A stretch of DNA of 23,978 bases. It comes from Chiloscyllium plagiosum. Taxonomy: Eukaryota. Below are positions 21,172-23,978 of this stretch, one piece after another (position 1 is the stretch's first letter; each line of letters starts with the position of its first letter). The stretch is from positions 12,571,553 to 12,595,530 of the forward strand of contig NC_057754.1 of assembly GCF_004010195.1 (NCBI RefSeq), given 5' to 3'. Position numbers and translations under genes: made by a program. The notes beneath the pieces are model-generated. The model ran no database searches. It was not told the origin of the DNA and saw only the letters and a program-made list of their open reading frames with translations.

Positions 21172-21709
21172 TCAGTCCAATCGAATGGATGCTTGAGACT
21201 GCCATTCTTCCTTCTTCTCAGGGGAGGAAGTAGGGGTCGGCAATCTGGGGGATTTTCTGGGGGATCCAATGCTGTCAACAGAACTTATTAGCTTGGCAAT
21301 AATACATTTAACAATAGCAATGCCAACAATGAGACAAGCTAAAACAATCCCAACATACAAAATTATCAACTAGTTGTAGCATGAGCCAAAACCCCAATCT
21401 CCCCAACCCATGCCTTCTGTCATTAACTGACAAAGGTGCAGATGTTATCTGCATGCCTGGTAATATTCTTGATGAGGCAGTAACCCCCATCATGCATTTG
21501 CCTTTAACTATGGCGCAAACCCCAACCTCCTTTGTGAGTATGTAGTTGAGGGTGCACCGGTTTTGTTGGGAAAATAGACATAGTTCTGAAAGCATGTCCT
21601 AACTCCTGCTAAGGTGGTGCCATCTTGTTGTCCAAGTGGGTGCGGCTGCAAATGAGATACTTTTGGTTTTGATGGCTAATAATTCCTGCAGACCCTCCTA
21701 AAGGAAAAG
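21172..21709 (-). pseudogene. env: Retroviral envelope TM subunit remnant (frameshifted)
   Basis: LSELCLFSQQNRCTLNYILTKEVGVCAIVKGKC (heptad + ISD + Cys loop), membrane anchor IILYVGIVLACLIVGIAIVKCII, cytoplasmic tail, then PPT and LTR. Confidence 0.85.
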
Positions 21710-21711
21710 TA

Positions 21712-23680
21712 CAGGTATGTATTCCTTTATCCGAAATGCTCGGGACCAGCTGCTTTGCAGAAATGGGAATTTTGCGGTTTTCAGAACTAATTTAGTGTCC
21801 CCTGTAGGGTGCAGGGCAGCAACCCATAATCAAATATAAATACTGTACTACAGCAAAAACATATGAATACTGACACTAAGCAGGATAAATAAAGATTAGA
21901 AGTACTACCATACTTTATAGAGTCGTGTACTGATAAATGAAATACATCGACCATAAATATTCAACAACATTTTATTTCCATTAAAAAAATCATTCCAATA
22001 AAAACATTTGGTAAAACTCAAACACACATAGCTTCAGCACTGTGGCAGGCGGAGGTTTTAAAGGCTTCTTCAAGTGTCATCTGTCTCATTAACATAGGTT
22101 TCTGTCTAAGCAGTCTCTCTTTAATTGAGTAAATTGCCATAATCTCTTGCTCATTGATAAATGAACATTGTTCAAGGCCAGCAATTAACTGATGACACAT
22201 TTTCACCATATCGTCAATGGGGAATTTTTCAACAATGTTCCCTAACTCATCACATCATCACCACCACTACTATCCTCACTCCTATCTGTACAGGAACCCG
22301 TACTTAAAACTATTTCAGCAATGTTCCTATCACTCAAGGAATGCACAACAGGCATATCATTATCAATGTTCAGCATTTCTTCGATGTCAGCTTCATGTAA
22401 TTTATTTACACTTTCATCCGATAAATTTTGGCATAAGTAACAAGGCATGCTGTCATCTTTTTCTCTTTGGTGACATGAAATCCTTCAAACTCTTCATCTG
22501 CAGGTTCATTTTCAAGAAACATCGTTGTAGGCCAAAATTTGTGCCAAGCATTTGTTAATGTTGCTTTATCAACATCATTCCAAGCATTAGCAACTGCGTA
22601 AATGACATCCTTAAGACTAAACTCTTTCAGGAAGTCTTGAATTCCTACCTCTCTGTTAACTGCAGTAAGCATTCTGTTTAAAAAATAGTCTTTATACTTG
22701 CTCTTCATGAGCGTAAAATTCCTTGGTCACAAGGCTGTAATACCGATATCACATTCGGGGACAAGTAAATGCCAAAAACATAACTTTTCACAAGCTGTTC
22801 GACAGAGCAGTTGCCCAGGAACAATAAAATTTTACACTTTTATTCCAGTCCAGCTTGTCTGCAATGAGCTCATGCCGCTGGTACAAAGTGTTTACTGAAC
22901 CAGTCGGAAAAAATTTCTCTGGTTACCCATGCTTTCTTGTTTGCATAATAATGCACAGGCAAATTGCGTACACCTTTAAGACATCTCAGATGTTTGCTTT
23001 TCCCAATCACTGCTAATTTCACCATGTGTGTGCCTGCAGCATTGACCCACCCAAGAATAGTTAATCTGTCCTTAGTTTCCTTAAAACCTGTTGGTGCTCT
23101 CTCATTAGCAACGGCTAATGTTTTTCTCAGGACATAACGCCAGTAGAGAGATGTTTCATCAGCATTGTAAGTTTGTTCAGGACTAAGGCTTTCATCAGAT
23201 ATCAGCTTGGCAAATTCACCAACATAATTTTCAGCTGCTTCATGGTCAGCAGAAGCCTTTTCGCCACAGATTTTCAGGTATTTCACACCATTACACTTCT
23301 TGAATTTCTGCAACCAACCTTCTGAATATTGACATTCACCTTTAATTTTCAGTTCTCTATGATATTTTCTAGTTTGTTTCATGACCATCAAACCAGTCAG
23401 TGGCATATGTTCACTTCTTCATTGTCTAATCCACTCCATCAACACATAGTTAAGATCTTCCTTTTATGCCCTATGCAGTGTTTTCCTATTTTTCAATAGT
23501 TGATGGTCATCACTGTCACCATAAAACTTCAGTAACTTGTCTTCCTGTTTCTTCAAATCATAGGTAGTGGTAGTTCCGACACGATACTCTTCAGTAAGAC
23601 GCCGCACAGCCACGCCACGATCAAGCTTCTGCAATAACTCTACTTTCTGCATGATTGATAATGACAGATGCTTACTTTTA
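21712..23680 (-). mobile_element. Tigger/pogo DNA transposon (Tigger4-like TIR), interrupted by a CR1 at 23680
   Basis: TA at 21710-21711 followed by CAGGTATGTATTCCTTTATCCGAAATGCTCGGGACCAG; transposase on minus strand; other TIR not in window. Confidence 0.88.
22018..23680 (-). pseudogene. Tigger transposase (psq-type HTH, CENP-B HTH, DDE_1), disrupted
   Basis: QKVELLQKLDRG, YSEGWLQKFKK, YNADETSLYW, KDRLTILG..NAAGTH, YYANKKAWVT, LLFLGNCS, LQPCDQG; several stops and frameshifts. Confidence 0.9.
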
Positions 23681-23978
23681 TAGAGTCATAGAGATGTACA
23701 GCATGGAAACAGACCCTTCGGTCCAACCTGTCCAGGCCGACCAGATATCCCAACCCAATCTAGTCCCACCTGCCAGCACCCGGCCCATATCCCGCCAAAC
23801 CCTTCCTATTCATATACCCACCCAAATGCCTCTTAAATGTTCCAATTGTACCAGCCTCCATCACATCGTCTGACAGCTCATTCCATATACGTACCACCCT
23901 CTGCGTGAAAAAGTTGCCCCTTAGGTCTCTTTTATATCTTTCCCCTCTCACCCTAAACCTATGTCCTCTAGTTCTGGA
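23680..23978 (-). mobile_element. CR1-type LINE 3' end, runs off the window; same subfamily as 10943-13670
   Basis: RDLRGNFFTQRVVRIWNEL...YMNRKGLAGYGP; tail CTCTATGACTCTA. Confidence 0.92.

Noticed and set aside
1..23978. Prokaryotic systems (CRISPR, retron, DGR) suggested by RTs plus repeats
   Set aside because: All RTs are vertebrate CR1 or PLE type; no repeat-spacer array or operon structure.

Overview
Eukaryotic DNA, almost certainly from a cartilaginous fish (shark): HE1-type V-SINEs with (TAATC)n tails and CR1/HER1-type LINEs dominate. Most of the window is nested, decayed transposable elements: about 10 CR1 LINE pieces, three HE1 SINEs, a near-complete Penelope-like element (16057-19336; RT ORF with frameshifts, 236-bp terminal direct repeats each carrying a minimal hammerhead ribozyme motif, 477-N gap where the GIY-YIG domain is expected), four tiny TSD-flanked insertions from a second Penelope-like family, an ERV 3' LTR + PPT + env TM remnant (minus strand), and a Tigger/pogo transposon inserted into that env. 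The main non-repeat part (about 8050-10650) holds a CpG-rich TATA-less promoter, two candidate minus-strand exons that splice into an open, unrecognised 58-codon frame, and a decayed tRNA-Lys gene. No intact recognisable host protein gene is visible. Repeat boundaries are approximate unless defined by TSDs or terminal repeats. Family assignments come from recalled consensus motifs, not database searches.
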